Source: Promethearchaeota archaeon
GTDB lineage: Archaea; Asgardarchaeota; Lokiarchaeia; Sigyniarchaeales; SOKP01
Direction of reading: 5' to 3'
Length of the DNA stretch: 64,000 nt
NCBI GenBank assembly: GCA_016839555.1
Contig: JAEOUA010000001.1
Location: forward strand, 192,001 to 256,000
The notes below the pieces were generated by a model. The model saw only the letters and a list, made by a program, of their open reading frames with translations, searched no databases and was not told where the DNA came from. Position numbers and translations under genes: made by a program. Positions 39,129 to 49,346 of this stretch are shown here, piece after piece. The first letter of the stretch is position 1, and the number at the start of each line of letters is the position of its first letter.

Positions 39129-41117
39129 TCAGTGTCCATTATTTTTAAGTTGAAGTGAATAAACTTGAACCTTGCTTATGAGATGGTTTTCCACTTTAAT
39201 AATGCGAAATCCCGGAGATTTAACTTTAAATTTTGAAGAAAGGGGTCCTAAGCCTTGCGTATGGAAAATAAAGGGCTTATTCGCTTCAAACCATGTTTTT
39301 AATTGAGATTCATTATTAAATTGTTCTATAGTATCTCTATAACGACTGGTATATATTTTACAAGGCATTTTAATGTAAATTGGTAAGAAATAAAAGCCAA
39401 AATTTACTCTTTGCATCTCTGATTCTTCAGCTTCTTCAATTCTAAATTCTTTTAAAGTATGAGTATGCCCGCATAAAACAAGATCTACCTTCTTTTTAAT
39501 AATTTCATCTGACCCTACTAAAATTTTCATTAGCGTAGCCCAACGATACATAATCGTTTGGTATTTAAAATATAAGATTGTTTCAAGTCTTTTGGAGTCT
39601 GTATATTTTGTAATATTTTCTTCATATAAATCAGCCCATTCAATATCTCTGTCTAAACCAAATTTTCTTTTTAATTTCCATTTTTTAATCCTATTGAAAT
39701 TAGGAGATAAAGGAGGAGCATGCATAAACACAATTATTCGTTTCCTGTTGGATTGTGTTATAAATGCTCTTAATAATTCTATTTGGAATCTCTTCAATCC
39801 TCTTGTGCTGGGAGCACTTCTCATTAAATCAAACAAATTTGCGATAGAATCCATTCCTGTATCTAAAAATAGTAGGGAATACTTCTCTCCAATAGATATT
39901 TTGTAATTTAAATTGGGATTGATAAGCAGCAGATAATTGTTAAGAAATTTAGTTCTGGAATATAAAGCTCTTAAATAATGAAATAATTTTCCATCTTTAT
40001 ATTCTTTAATATCTTTTCTCTTTAAACCAAATTTTCTATAAATCGTGCCGGTCTTAATACTATAAAATCCGGCTCGATAATCATGATTTCCAACAATGGT
40101 AAATATTGGAGCCATAATTTCCATTTTGTTTTCGAAATCTTCATCTTTTAATTCTGGGTCTCTATTTATTCCTAAGAGAATATCAAACAGAAATTGAAAG
40201 TTATTTTCATAGTGATCATCATAATTTGCGGGATCCACGTAATCTACTAAATCTCCCGTAAGCACAACAAAATCTAATTCATTTTCTTTAACTTTATTAT
40301 TAACATAGGAAATAAAGAGGCGAAGGTTTATATTAAAATTGAATTTTCCATGTCGAAATCGTTCTAATTTTTGTTCTTGAAATTCTTCCTTAAAACTAAA
40401 ATCTCGGTCTAAAATAAATGAATATGTTTGCACTTTTTCAACTCTACTTCTTTCCACTTTATTTAATGCTTTTTTCTTAAGAAAGCGAGTTATAAAGTCA
40501 TTTCTTCTTGCGATATGAGAATCAGAAGCATGAATAAACTGAAACTCTTTCCAATCTTTATTAAATAGGGCGATAGCATGAAAATTTACCTTCTCAGTAC
40601 CTAACTTGGGATAATTTTGGATTAAATCACACAATAGATTATTGCTCTTTTTTTCTTTTAAAATCTGAGATAGTTCACGACTTTTTTTAATTACTAATTC
40701 AATTTTAAATAATTGATCCCGTATTTTTCCAAAACCTTTCTTTTTTATAGCATGATAAATATCCCATAGTTCACATAATTCTTCTTTTGGATTTTCTTCT
40801 ATTCTAAAATCCTTATATTCTTTTCTTATAATCTTATTAAGTTCTAATGGAAACTTCTTTCCTCTTCTTTGATCAAAATTTCCAGAATCCATTAAAATTG
40901 GTTGAAGATAAATATTATTATCTAGTTGCTTCTGAATTTCATCTGATGATATTCCAGATTTAGCCAATAATATCGCATTAAATCTTATTTTTTTCGAAAC
41001 AGAACCATATTCATCTATATATTCCCTCAAATTAATTATTAAAGGCTGACCCAAATTTGGTTTAATAATTATTGGATATTTCTCATCAATATGGACTAAA
41101 TCTTTAAAATTATTCAT
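39129..41117 (-). CDS. Large calcineurin-like metallophosphoesterase
   Basis: DSH, TGDLVD, GNHD, MHAP and GHTH motifs. Confidence 0.85.
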   Translation of the reverse strand: MNNFKDLVHIDEKYPIIIKPNLGQPLIINLREYIDEYGSVSKKIRFNAILLAKSGISSDEIQKQLDNNIYLQPILMDSGNFDQRRGKKFPLELNKIIRKEYKDFRIEENPKEELCELWDIYHAIKKKGFGKIRDQLFKIELVIKKSRELSQILKEKKSNNLLCDLIQNYPKLGTEKVNFHAIALFNKDWKEFQFIHASDSHIARRNDFITRFLKKKALNKVERSRVEKVQTYSFILDRDFSFKEEFQEQKLERFRHGKFNFNINLRLFISYVNNKVKENELDFVVLTGDLVDYVDPANYDDHYENNFQFLFDILLGINRDPELKDEDFENKMEIMAPIFTIVGNHDYRAGFYSIKTGTIYRKFGLKRKDIKEYKDGKLFHYLRALYSRTKFLNNYLLLINPNLNYKISIGEKYSLLFLDTGMDSIANLFDLMRSAPSTRGLKRFQIELLRAFITQSNRKRIIVFMHAPPLSPNFNRIKKWKLKRKFGLDRDIEWADLYEENITKYTDSKRLETILYFKYQTIMYRWATLMKILVGSDEIIKKKVDLVLCGHTHTLKEFRIEEAEESEMQRVNFGFYFLPIYIKMPCKIYTSRYRDTIEQFNNESQLKTWFEANKPFIFHTQGLGPLSSKFKVKSPGFRIIKVENHLISKVQVYSLQLKNNGH

Positions 41118-41282
41118 CTTATATCGTAAAAATATATAATCATTCTAATATTTTTAATGATTTAAAAGATAAAATAAGATCTTTATTTGCAAATTTGTTT
41201 GTCTTATTAATTTATCAATTAATTTAATATTTTTTTATTATTTTAACTAAATATTAAAATTGCTATCCATGTTATTGTTAAA

Positions 41283-42767
41283 ATGAGTGAAAGATTATAC
41301 CAACCCGACTTTTCATGTATTTTTGGGAAACAATTTAGTAATGCATTTCTCTATGATCAAATAGATACGCTAGTATGGCCAATCTTTGAAGATGTCAAGA
41401 AATCAGATGCTTTAAAAGAATTACTTTCTCTTAAAAATCAAACAGGCCATCCTTATTTTTATTATCGAAAAATAACTCTCGAAGATCTCAAAGTAGAGTT
41501 AGAATGTGCTAATATTGATAAAGCTTTTCTTCAAGCTATGGATTTAGGAAAAAATTACGGAATTACAAATACCGATATTATCAACGCAATGGAAAAGGAA
41601 GCGGATCTATTTAAAGCTGTTTTATCTTTCGATATAACCGATGAATCTACAAATATAAAGAGTAAATTAGATCATTTCGCTAATCAAGTTGATGTAATTG
41701 GAATTGCATTATATCCCAGTTATATTAAATTAGATTTGAATGATAATGAGAATAATAATCTAAAGGATCTATTAAAATATTTGCACAAAAACAATTTATT
41801 TCTTAAAATTGATCTGGGAAATGGAAGTTTACCGAATTATCAAGGAGGGTTTCTTTCTAAGGAAATATTACAATCCTTTCTCTCAAAATACCCCAAAAAT
41901 ATTATTGTTTTAAGTGGATTAGATCTATCTGGAGATTTTAGACTCTATTATCAATTATTAAAATATTTTAATAATCTTTGGTTTGAACTCGATCCTCGTG
42001 CTATAGGTGGTATGACGCCAACATCCTATTTTCAGGAAATGTTTAAGTTACAAGGATTTATCCAAAATGCGTGGCATAGAATAATGATTGGAAGCGCAAC
42101 GCCTACTTTAGAAAGCTCTCAAATGCGTAAAGGCTTTTTAGAGGCTACAGATACTTTAGCCTTTAGTCAAAAATGTCTTTTGAGAACGTGGAGTTTCAGA
42201 AATAGTAATAGGATTAATCCAAAATTGTTCAAACTGAAAAGCCAAAAGAACTCAAAGATATATGAAACAATTCAGAATATTAATCAAAAACAAATCATAG
42301 AAAACAATAATGAAATAAATGTCAGATATGAAGTAAAACTTAGAAGTTATAGCATAACTCAGTTACTTTTCATTACAGACTTAATAAAACAATTAGTAGA
42401 AAAAACATTGACAAAATATCCCAAATATACTAATGGTGAGCTATTTCTTCGCACCTATCATACAACTACTTCATTAATAATAAATGAGCACGAATTTGGA
42501 AATTATCTTGATCTTCATTATAAATTTGCTGAGATCTCGAAACAAGATAGCACACCATATTTTCACACCGTTTCAGCTTTAGAGAATAGAGCAGATTTTA
42601 ATCGTTTCGATCATGATTTAGCTACTATGAATGGAAGAAGACGAATAATCCTCCCTATATTAGATGGAAAATTGGAAATAGGTAGTAGAGAAAACTTCTA
42701 TGTGCTGGTGACATTTGGTCCAAGAACTTTTCATCTATATTGCAATATCAAATTATTAAAACAATAA
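41283..42767 (+). CDS. Fusion of degenerate amidohydrolase TIM-barrel and YjbQ (UPF0047) domain
   Basis: IGIALYP, KYPKNIIVL, RIMIGS, NSNRI (Amidohydro_2-like); C-terminal HTTTSLIINE...LDGKLEIG...GPR (YjbQ). Confidence 0.7.
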   Translation: MSERLYQPDFSCIFGKQFSNAFLYDQIDTLVWPIFEDVKKSDALKELLSLKNQTGHPYFYYRKITLEDLKVELECANIDKAFLQAMDLGKNYGITNTDIINAMEKEADLFKAVLSFDITDESTNIKSKLDHFANQVDVIGIALYPSYIKLDLNDNENNNLKDLLKYLHKNNLFLKIDLGNGSLPNYQGGFLSKEILQSFLSKYPKNIIVLSGLDLSGDFRLYYQLLKYFNNLWFELDPRAIGGMTPTSYFQEMFKLQGFIQNAWHRIMIGSATPTLESSQMRKGFLEATDTLAFSQKCLLRTWSFRNSNRINPKLFKLKSQKNSKIYETIQNINQKQIIENNNEINVRYEVKLRSYSITQLLFITDLIKQLVEKTLTKYPKYTNGELFLRTYHTTTSLIINEHEFGNYLDLHYKFAEISKQDSTPYFHTVSALENRADFNRFDHDLATMNGRRRIILPILDGKLEIGSRENFYVLVTFGPRTFHLYCNIKLLKQ

Positions 42768-42803
42768 AAATATAAAAGAATTAATCGTATATAAGCAAAA
42801 TAA

Positions 42804-43280
42804 CTAAAAACGAATCTTTTTGGCAAAATGTTTTACCTTTTTAGTGCTTATTTTAAAAAATCCTCGAAAATTTTGAGTATATATGACCTTTGCTCCTTTG
42901 GCTTCAATTTTTGATTTCATGTACTCCACAGTACCTTCTCCAGTAAATCTTGCGGTAGAAAATATAATTATCTTCTTATCTTTAATATCTTTCATTCGCT
43001 CTAATATTTCATCAAAAACCTTAGGGGGAAGATTTCCATAAGTAGGCATCCCAATAAAAATTATGTCATATTTTTCAGAATCAAGAGAATTTAGAGTATC
43101 CTCCATCATAGAAAAATCTCTATTATTAAATTTTTCCACAATTTTTAACTTTTCACTAAGATTTCCGCTGAATTCAAAAGGAAGATACGCAATATCATAT
43201 TGGGGGAGCGCATCCACGATAGTTTGAGCAACTTTTTTGGTTCTTCCTCCCATTGTGAAATATATCATTAAAGCTTTCAT
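42804..43280 (-). CDS. Flavodoxin-like protein
   Basis: IYFTMGGRTKKVA, IFIGMPTYG, IFST. Confidence 0.85.
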   Translation of the reverse strand: MKALMIYFTMGGRTKKVAQTIVDALPQYDIAYLPFEFSGNLSEKLKIVEKFNNRDFSMMEDTLNSLDSEKYDIIFIGMPTYGNLPPKVFDEILERMKDIKDKKIIIFSTARFTGEGTVEYMKSKIEAKGAKVIYTQNFRGFFKISTKKVKHFAKKIRF

Positions 43281-43705
43281 AATAGAGAATTAATTTTAAA
43301 ATATAAAAAAATATTCTAGACCAATTTTTGTGTTTTTAACTAAATTAATTAAAAAACCTAATTTCTAAAAAATTAAGATAATAAATCTAAATATATAGAA
43401 AACGGTCTAAATACAACTTTTCCTTGATATGTGATTCCTTTTATGAATACCTATGAAATATTTTTAACAAAATATATGAAAAATGTATTTTTTTTCGAAG
43501 AAAAAAATTTGAAAAACCAAATTTAAATAATTAAAAACAATTATATTTGTTAAGGAAGAAGGTACAGAAAATTGATTTTATTCAAACAACTATTTGTTTA
43601 TTATAAGAGATCTTTAAACAAAAATTTTTGGAGATTTAATCACATCTATTTAAACTCCAATAAAGATTAAATTTATTTAAACTTCTTAAAAATTCAAACT
43701 AATTA

Positions 43706-45163
43706 TTGAAAATTGAGGCTATAATAGTGACACAAGAATCCAATAACGAGGAAAAGAATGAAAAATCTGGAAATGAATTAGAAAAAGTCGATAAAGAATC
43801 TCTAACGTCTGCTAAAGATTCACGCGATTTAATAGAAAAAAATTTGCGAATTTTTGAGGATAGTATTGAATCTATTGAAGAAGGATTAAAACAAAAAGAA
43901 AATACCGTAGAAATAAGTGCGGATAAGATTGACGAATTGACTAAAATAAAGGAAGCAATAGAAAATTTTAAAAATATTAGGAGACAAATTGAACAGAGGA
44001 CTGAATATCTAAAAGCAATAGAACAGAAAATTGCGGAACTGGAAGAAAAATATAATCGAAAAAATGATGATCTATCAAGCATTGAAGAGAGAATAGAAAT
44101 TGTTCAAGAAAGTAAACAGAATTTAGAAGAAGAATATCAAGAAGTAATAAAACGAAACGAACAGTTAGTAAATAATCTGGAACAACGACAAGTTGATTTA
44201 GTAGTATTATCTGATAAAGTTAAAGAGAAAGTTTCTGTCAGAGATGAATTAAGGAATGAAGTCGCAAAATTAAAGGATGAAATGGAAGATATAAAAGAAG
44301 AAACCGAGGCAAAAAAAGAAGAAATTGATGCTCTAGAATCAAAATTAAAAAGTCTTAATGCGGAAAATGAAGCGGTGAAAGTATCTATTGAAAAAAATAA
44401 AGTTGAACTAGAACATTCAAATAACCTCATTGAAGCAAAAGAAGATGAATTGAAATTATTAAATGAGCAAGTAGAGAGAAAAAAGAAACGCGCAGAAAAA
44501 TTAGATGAGGATATTCAAGCTTATAAAGAAGGTTTTCCAGAAATGGAAGAAAAAAAACGCACCTACCAAGAAGTGCTTGATAAATATAAAATCGAAATGA
44601 CAGAAAAACAACAAAAAATCGTCGATCTAGAATCTCGTATAGAGACATTAAATGATAAATTAAAAAATTTGAATGAAGAAATCGAAAAGAAAAAGGAATT
44701 GAACGAGGCAATTGAAAAGAGATCCAGGGAATTAAAGGACGTCATGGAATCATTAGAAAAAGAACATGATGAGCGGGAAGAAAGAGTAGACGCAATAACA
44801 GAAAAATATGAAGCTATTAATAAAGAACATGAGAGATTAGTAGCGGCGAATATAAAAATAGAGGAAAGCACCCGGGATTTAAAAGAGCTTTTTGAAAAAA
44901 TGAAAAGTCAACTTCAAACTCAAGAGGAGGAAATACGAGATAAAGAAAGTCGTATTCATAGGTTAGAAGTTTTAGGAGTAATATATCGTCTCTCTAAATT
45001 TTTTGGAGGGCTTTTAATATTTGTTGGTATTTTCTTCTTAATTTGGAGTTTAGGCACAATTTTCGGAATATTACCAAAAATTGAAGAGGCTCTGGTGTTA
45101 TTTTTGATAGTCGGAGCTGGTCTAACAATTGCTTCAGGATTATTTCACCTAGAAAAGTCATAA
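43706..45163 (+). CDS. Long coiled-coil protein with C-terminal two-TM anchor
   Basis: About 390 aa of E/K-rich heptads followed by two hydrophobic helices; no ATPase motif. Confidence 0.8.
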   Translation: MKIEAIIVTQESNNEEKNEKSGNELEKVDKESLTSAKDSRDLIEKNLRIFEDSIESIEEGLKQKENTVEISADKIDELTKIKEAIENFKNIRRQIEQRTEYLKAIEQKIAELEEKYNRKNDDLSSIEERIEIVQESKQNLEEEYQEVIKRNEQLVNNLEQRQVDLVVLSDKVKEKVSVRDELRNEVAKLKDEMEDIKEETEAKKEEIDALESKLKSLNAENEAVKVSIEKNKVELEHSNNLIEAKEDELKLLNEQVERKKKRAEKLDEDIQAYKEGFPEMEEKKRTYQEVLDKYKIEMTEKQQKIVDLESRIETLNDKLKNLNEEIEKKKELNEAIEKRSRELKDVMESLEKEHDEREERVDAITEKYEAINKEHERLVAANIKIEESTRDLKELFEKMKSQLQTQEEEIRDKESRIHRLEVLGVIYRLSKFFGGLLIFVGIFFLIWSLGTIFGILPKIEEALVLFLIVGAGLTIASGLFHLEKS

Positions 45164-45326
45164 TTAAAAAAATTAGAATTTTCATTCAAATCAATTTATT
45201 GCTTTCCTTTAACTGAATTATTCTATTTTTAAAATAAATCACAAAAGCTTTTTTCATTAATACTTATTATAAAGATAAATACTCCTCTCCAATGTTTTTT
45301 GTTATAGTAAAAAATAATGATATAGG

Positions 45327-45851
45327 ATGAAATGGAAAAAAAACCAAAAAAACCAAAATAAGAAGGAAAAAAAGGATACTCTTATAAAGAGGTCACTTAT
45401 TAAAAGCATTGTCTATCGAGTGATAACATTAGCACTGGGAACCTTAACAAGCTATATTTTTACTGGCGACATCGGTGTTGCTACTGGCCTTGCTCTTTTA
45501 ACTGAAACAGTTCAATCCGTTAATTATTTCGTCTTTGAAACGATCTGGAGCTACTATGAAAGAAAAAGATTAAGGGAGAAAATTGAAAAAGAGATTATTA
45601 GAGAAATAGATTTAAAAATAAATTACGAGTTTCTCCGTGAACTTTCTTATGAATTAAGCCGTTTTGATACATTTGTCGAAGAAATTTATAGATCTATTAT
45701 AAATTTCTATAATAAATTACTAAAAAATGAACAATTAGAAGATATGCATGAGGAAATTAAAAAACATAGAGAAGTATTTATTAAAGCCCATAAAGGAAGA
45801 AATTTTAAAGAAATTCCCATAGAAGAAGAAATTTATGAGGAGGAAGAATAG
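45327..45851 (+). CDS. DUF2061-like membrane protein with helical C-terminal extension
   Basis: RSLIKSIVYRVI...YFVFETIW. Confidence 0.7.
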   Translation: MKWKKNQKNQNKKEKKDTLIKRSLIKSIVYRVITLALGTLTSYIFTGDIGVATGLALLTETVQSVNYFVFETIWSYYERKRLREKIEKEIIREIDLKINYEFLRELSYELSRFDTFVEEIYRSIINFYNKLLKNEQLEDMHEEIKKHREVFIKAHKGRNFKEIPIEEEIYEEEE

Positions 45852-46666
45852 GTACGTAGACTTTCAATTTCTTGTTCTGTAAGAATAAAATCCGAGGCCC
45901 TTGCATTTTCTTTCAGATGGGAAATGGAAGAAGTTCTCGGAATTGCTATTACATTCTCATGATTAATAACCCAAGCTAAAGCAATTTGCATTGGAGAATA
46001 ACCATATTTATCTGCTAATTGATTTAAATAATTTTTTACCTCCTGATTTAGCCCATTGAGGTTTGCTTTAGCTAAGGGAGTATAAGCCGTCAGGATTATC
46101 CCCTCCCTTTTATAAAAATCTAAATTTTTAAGTTCTTTCTGTTCTATAATATTAATTTTAAGCTGATTGGTGATTAATTCATATTTTTTAAGATAAGTTT
46201 GTGCTTTTTGAAATTCTGAAACAGAAAAATTGCTTACGCCAATATAGCGTGTCTTTCCTAAGTCAATTAGCTTCTCAAAAAAATTCATAATTTTTTTTAT
46301 GGAACTATCACCCTCTAACCAATGGATTAAATAGAGGTCAACATGATTGACTCCTAATCTCTTCAGACTATTATCGATTGCTTTTTCCATTTGTGAATCT
46401 ATTTTATTTGAAGGAAGCATTTTTGTGGTAATGAAAATCTCCTCTCTTTCAAATTCTTTAAGTACTTCTCCAACGACTCTTTCAGAATATCCATCACCAT
46501 ATAATTCTGCGGTATCAATATGATTCATGCCTAACTCGATTCCTTTTTTTAGCACATTTTTCCAATTTTTATGCTCTTGTTCGGATTGACTGGAAAAAAT
46601 TCCATAGGTTCCTTGTCCTAAGATCGGGATTTTTTCACCAGAACTGGGGATCTTAATCTGTCTCAT
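45833..46666 (-). CDS. Aldo/keto reductase
   Basis: LGQGT, IDTAELYG, TTK, DLYLIHW, IGVSNF, AYTPL, IPR. Confidence 0.93.
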   Translation of the reverse strand: MRQIKIPSSGEKIPILGQGTYGIFSSQSEQEHKNWKNVLKKGIELGMNHIDTAELYGDGYSERVVGEVLKEFEREEIFITTKMLPSNKIDSQMEKAIDNSLKRLGVNHVDLYLIHWLEGDSSIKKIMNFFEKLIDLGKTRYIGVSNFSVSEFQKAQTYLKKYELITNQLKINIIEQKELKNLDFYKREGIILTAYTPLAKANLNGLNQEVKNYLNQLADKYGYSPMQIALAWVINHENVIAIPRTSSISHLKENARASDFILTEQEIESLRTYSSSS

Positions 46667-46744
46667 TTCATTAATGCTAAGATTATAGTAAAAAATTTAA
46701 TTATGATTATTATAAATTATTAAAACAAGAGGAGTATAGAAGGT

Positions 46745-47482
46745 ATGACTATTCCAAAAATCAATCTTCACATTCATTCCATCTATTCTGATGGTAGAAA
46801 TAAAATCGAAACCATCGTGAAAAGTGCTCATAAATTAAAATTTGAATTTATCGCAATAACAGATCATTTTTCTGATTCTTGGAAGGCAGGAGTAATAAAA
46901 ACCTTAGATTCTCATCAAAAAATAAATAATTATTTGGAAAAAATTTCTGCTCAAAATGAAGAATTGCGAGCTAAGAATAGTAACTTGAAGGTTTTAAAAG
47001 GAATTGAAATCGATTTAGGAAGTTCTCGAAGACATATTGAATCTTTAATCGATCCCAGCAAGTATGATTTAATTCTCCTCGAATATTTGCATTCTCCTGA
47101 GGCTATTGGCTTTGTAAGAAATATATTAAACAATTGGGAAGGAATTCTTCAAAAGCAAGATAAAAGCTTCCCTTTATTAGGTTTGGCTCATTTTGATCCC
47201 TCACAGTTTATATTTGGTAAAGTAGAAATTTTGCTTGAGTTTCTTCAACAATATAATATCTATTTTGAATTTAATTCCGCATATGCAAGCTATTATAGTA
47301 TCAAATATAAAGAAAGCTTTTTTGATAAATTCAATAATTTCAATATATTAGTTGGTATCGGTGCTGATGCACATTCTGTAAATGAACTCGATCTTATTCA
47401 TGAACCATTAGATATGATAAAATATTATAATCTGGAAAATAATTTAAAAAATTTAATAAAATTGTTAAAAAACATTCGCTAG
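46745..47482 (+). CDS. PHP domain protein
   Basis: LHIHSIYSDG, ITDH, GIE, LAH, GADAH. Confidence 0.88.
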   Translation: MTIPKINLHIHSIYSDGRNKIETIVKSAHKLKFEFIAITDHFSDSWKAGVIKTLDSHQKINNYLEKISAQNEELRAKNSNLKVLKGIEIDLGSSRRHIESLIDPSKYDLILLEYLHSPEAIGFVRNILNNWEGILQKQDKSFPLLGLAHFDPSQFIFGKVEILLEFLQQYNIYFEFNSAYASYYSIKYKESFFDKFNNFNILVGIGADAHSVNELDLIHEPLDMIKYYNLENNLKNLIKLLKNIR

Positions 47483-47604
47483 CAAAAATCTTTAAAAATT
47501 CCTTCTCTTTCTTTTAAAAATCGGACTATATAAAAAATATAAATCGATCTTTCTTTTATTTATATAATACAAATAAAATCATTTTAGAATAATTATAAAT
47601 AAAA

Positions 47605-48402
47605 ATGTATTGTCCTAATTGTGGGGAAGAAATAAAGTCTGAGGAACAAAAATATTGCGAACAATGTGGCGCTGAATTACCTGAAAGAAAACCTGAACCT
47701 GTTCAATCTCAAGAACAAGATGAATCAGTGGTTCAAAAAGGCGGGCTATTCGATCTGAGCCGTAAAATGTATGTTCTTCGTGAGAAGTATTGGGATTTCG
47801 GCTCTGGCGATATCTATGATAAAGAGGGAAAAATAATTGGAAAAATGGATCGAAAATTCTTCGATTTTAGGCGGACTATAAAATTAAGGGAAGTTGATGG
47901 AACTGTTGCTGCAACAATTCATGAGAAAATAATATCAATTCAAGGCGAAAACATTTTATTAGATGCGCAAGGAAATTTAATAGCACGCTTTAAGAAAAAA
48001 ATTACCTCATTTTTCCATCCTAAATTTTGGTTAGAAGACCCAAACGGTACAAGATGGTATGAAGCTATAGGAGAATTTATGGGCTGGTCATTTGGAATAA
48101 GAGAAATTGCTACGGGAAAAACAGTTGCTGAGATTGAAAAAGCAGATCGCTGGCGAGATATTTTTTTGGGTGGCTTTTTTGATTTTCAAGATACTTATGC
48201 GTTAAGAATTCTTGATAATGAAACTGACAGACGTATTCTTGTGGGATTTGTGTTATCAATCGATAATGTATTACATGATAATAGACATGGGATGGGGTAT
48301 CGGTTCCCTTGGGGTCTTGGACCATTCCCGCCTGGAAGAATGCCTTGGCCTCGTCGAATACCACCAGGAAGAAGACCCTGGCCTGCTCGATGGCCTTTTT
48401 AA
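47605..48402 (+). CDS. Zinc ribbon + LURP1/scramblase (tubby-C-like) protein with Pro/Arg/Trp tail
   Basis: CPNCG..CEQCG; YVLREK.W, IYD.EG, A.I..K, DTY.L.I...DRRILVGFVLSID. Confidence 0.75.
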   Translation: MYCPNCGEEIKSEEQKYCEQCGAELPERKPEPVQSQEQDESVVQKGGLFDLSRKMYVLREKYWDFGSGDIYDKEGKIIGKMDRKFFDFRRTIKLREVDGTVAATIHEKIISIQGENILLDAQGNLIARFKKKITSFFHPKFWLEDPNGTRWYEAIGEFMGWSFGIREIATGKTVAEIEKADRWRDIFLGGFFDFQDTYALRILDNETDRRILVGFVLSIDNVLHDNRHGMGYRFPWGLGPFPPGRMPWPRRIPPGRRPWPARWPF

Positions 48403-48570
48403 ATCTTTTTATTTTAATTTTAGTAAAACCATATTATTTCAACTGTTTATCACTGTTTAAATTTTCCAAATTGTTTTATTTTATATTGTTGAAAATTTTT
48501 CTTAATAAAAATAGGAAAATTATACTTACTAACCATTAAATCTTTTTAACTGAATATCTTATTAGTTATT

Positions 48571-49329
48571 ATGGATTTAGAAGAAAAAATAGAAACTGCG
48601 GCGCAATGGATTGCTGAAGCGGAGCATTTTGTGGCATTTACAGGAGCTGGAATTTCGACCTCAAGTGGACTTCCTGATTTTCGCGGACCTAATGGTGTCT
48701 GGACGAGGCGTGATAAAGGACTCCCTCCTCCGAAAATGAAAGTATCATGGGATCAAGTAAAACCTAATCAAGGACATTATGCCATTGTTGACTTATTAAA
48801 AATGGGCAAGTTAGATTATCTTATTTCTCAGAATGTTGATGGTCTTCATGCAAAATCTGGAATCCCATTTGAGAGACTCGCTGAATTACATGGAAATCAA
48901 TTCTTTATGAAATGTTTAAACTGCGGTAAAAAAATGACCTTTGAAGAGGCTGGTTGGGATAAAAATATTTGGGGAAATGGATATAGAACAACTCCAGTAC
49001 AAAAAGGACAACCGAAATGTCCAGATTGTAATGGAAGAATTATTTCAACTATTGTAAATTTTGGAGATTCTCTTCCTGAAGATGAGTTATATCAAGCCTA
49101 CATCCATTCAGAAAAATCGGATGTATTTTTTGTGATTGGCTCTTCACTTGTAGTGTCTCCAGCAGCAAATATGCCTGGTATAGCAAAAAAAAATGATGCA
49201 AAGCTGATAATACTTAATATGCAAGAGACACCCTATGATAATATCGCTGATTTAAGATTTTTTGAAGATATTAATGAAGTTCTACTTCCAATTGTAGAAA
49301 AAGTAAAAGATATATTAGGAAGTAGTTAA
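48571..49329 (+). CDS. NAD-dependent sirtuin deacylase
   Basis: GAGISTSSGLPDFRG, SQNVDGLH, ELHGN, two CxxC, GSSL.V.PA, ILN. Confidence 0.93.
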   Translation: MDLEEKIETAAQWIAEAEHFVAFTGAGISTSSGLPDFRGPNGVWTRRDKGLPPPKMKVSWDQVKPNQGHYAIVDLLKMGKLDYLISQNVDGLHAKSGIPFERLAELHGNQFFMKCLNCGKKMTFEEAGWDKNIWGNGYRTTPVQKGQPKCPDCNGRIISTIVNFGDSLPEDELYQAYIHSEKSDVFFVIGSSLVVSPAANMPGIAKKNDAKLIILNMQETPYDNIADLRFFEDINEVLLPIVEKVKDILGSS

Positions 49330-49346
49330 ATTTATAAATTTGATTT

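Noticed and set aside
43706-45163. SMC/Rad50 ATPase
   Set aside because: No Walker A/B, signature motif or hinge/zinc hook.
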